From: a virus
Length of the DNA stretch: 64,000 bases
Reading direction: 5' to 3' (one strand)
Virus record (IMG/VR): IMGVR_UViG_3300036766_000678
Location: 32,001-96,000 of that record
Shown: one piece after another, positions 62,835 through 64,000 of the stretch
How the letters are laid out: every line of letters starts with the position of its first letter
How positions within the stretch are numbered: the stretch's first letter is position 1
Made by a program: the position numbers and the translations under genes
The notes under the pieces: generated by a model
Databases searched by the model: none
The model's input: the letters and a program-made list of their open reading frames with translations, nothing else
What the model was told of the DNA's origin: nothing

Positions 62835-64000
62835 TTATGATTTCCAATAAGTAACTAGTACAACACTTCCTGTTTTAGGGGCATTTCCAGCTTCAAATGT
62901 AATCTGACCTGGGTTAGTACCCGTAACAGTATAATCATTTCCAGAACCTTTTTGCTGAACACTACCATTTAAATAGACCATTTCTGATCCAGATACAAGT
63001 GTATTATCAACAGTGAATACTGTAAGAACATCATTAGGAGTTTCGTTAACTTTTTCCAAAACTACTTCAGTAGTATCAGCAAATGCTACAGAACCTGCAC
63101 CAGATTCAAATGCCGTCCAAGCAGGAACTGCTTTACTTCCTGTATTTGCATACATCTTTCCAGTAGAATTATCAATATACAATGAACCCTTTTCAGTAAA
63201 TCCTGCCCCAGTTACAGCATCAACTGGTGCTCCAGAACCATTCAAAATACAAACTTCATGGTCCATACGAATAGCTGCATTTTTAATTGAAAGTTCAAGA
63301 TACCCATTATGGGCTGCACCAAATAAATCCAATCCATAAGTAAATCCAGATCCTGGAGTAGAGTTATTCTGCATTGCTTTAAAAGCAGCATTTGCAAGTG
63401 TTAGAGAACTATCTCCATCAATATAAGCAACTACTGCACCATCAGACTCAGTTACACCATCTGTAATCTGAGCTAAAACAGCACCTTTAGGATAGGTAGT
63501 AGCTTTGGCTCCTGTAACACTGTCTGCACCAATAACACCACCAATATAATTGGCATTTTTGGTAAGGCTATCTCCGTGAACATTACCCATTATAGAGGCT
63601 AGATATGCAGTACCAGAAGCAAAGTCTTTCCCTGCACCAGCAGACAATGTTTCATCAGAGGCAATACCTTGATTAGAAGGTGCCAATGAATAAGTTTCAG
63701 CTTGTGTAATTGAATGTGCTGGAACTACAACATTTACTCCAAATGTGGCCGCAGTACTATTTAAAGTCAACAGATCAGTTGCTACTTCCTTGAAATGGAA
63801 CTCTTTTCCAGTATTAACAAGGAAGTTTAAAGCCTCTGTACCAGAGGTTTCAATCATCTCAATAGTTGGATAATAATCACCTGAACCATCAAGTTCAGCG
63901 TTTGCAAATAATGAAAATCGTCTTGGGGACATTAAATATGTTGTTTGAGCACTATCACTCTCCAACATAATACCAGGCACATCAGTATTATATCGAACCC
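62835..64000 (-). CDS. virion/fibre protein, 5' end beyond window
   Basis: Frame is open to the window edge; shares module with 39708..41888; C-terminal NG..Q..G.DY Ig-like module. Confidence 0.75.
   Translation of the reverse strand, partial: VRYNTDVPGIMLESDSAQTTYLMSPRRFSLFANAELDGSGDYYPTIEMIETSGTEALNFLVNTGKEFHFKEVATDLLTLNSTAATFGVNVVVPAHSITQAETYSLAPSNQGIASDETLSAGAGKDFASGTAYLASIMGNVHGDSLTKNANYIGGVIGADSVTGAKATTYPKGAVLAQITDGVTESDGAVVAYIDGDSSLTLANAAFKAMQNNSTPGSGFTYGLDLFGAAHNGYLELSIKNAAIRMDHEVCILNGSGAPVDAVTGAGFTEKGSLYIDNSTGKMYANTGSKAVPAWTAFESGAGSVAFADTTEVVLEKVNETPNDVLTVFTVDNTLVSGSEMVYLNGSVQQKGSGNDYTVTGTNPGQITFEAGNAPKTGSVVLVTYWKS
63108..63710. repeat. ~600-bp dispersed direct repeat, copy 2
   Basis: Matches 40509..41109. 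Confidence 0.9.

Noticed and set aside
1033-63339. Plus-strand ORFs in the supplied track (e.g. 30325..30729, 61293..61709, 63013..63339)
   Set aside because: All lie antisense to well-supported minus-strand genes and lack motifs or SD sequences; their repeated peptides just mirror the duplicated DNA
1-64000. Stop-codon reassignment (alternative genetic code)
   Set aside because: Long conserved genes are intact in code 11, and TAG/TGA end genes at sensible positions (e.g. the RlaP-like gene, ATGA overlaps)

Overview
64 kb segment of a large, AT-rich tailed-phage genome (contractile-tail myovirus type). Every credible gene is on the minus strand; plus-strand ORFs in the track are shadows. About 1-31.4 kb is a replication/recombination/RNA-repair/accessory region: SbcC-like ATPase, intein-containing AAA ATPase, phosphoesterases, RecA, SSB-like protein, two SF2 helicases, DnaB-like helicase, ATP-dependent DNA ligase, intein-containing RNA ligase, RlaP-like nucleotidyltransferase, one atypical tRNA(UAU), and host-envelope genes (M50 site-2 protease, two beta-barrel-like proteins, collagen-like protein, ZIP and BT1 transporters). 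About 31.5-64 kb, beyond an intrinsic terminator, holds MetAP, an amidase, and tail genes: fibres, baseplate, tape measure, frameshifted tail chaperones, tube, sheath, neck. Nine free-standing endonuclease genes and two LAGLIDADG inteins are interspersed, and near-consensus sigma70 promoters recur. Most notable: (i) a helicase/HA-like-repeat/AP2 locus split twice at the same repeat position by near-identical 13-nt stop/start inserts; (ii) a long-variable-arm tRNA(UAU) 1 nt after an RlaP-like gene; (iii) inteins in an RNA ligase and in an AAA P-loop; (iv) duplicated nuclease/Mom-like fusions; (v) a phage ZIP/beta-barrel/BT1 transport operon. All family calls come from motif recognition by eye; no searches were run.
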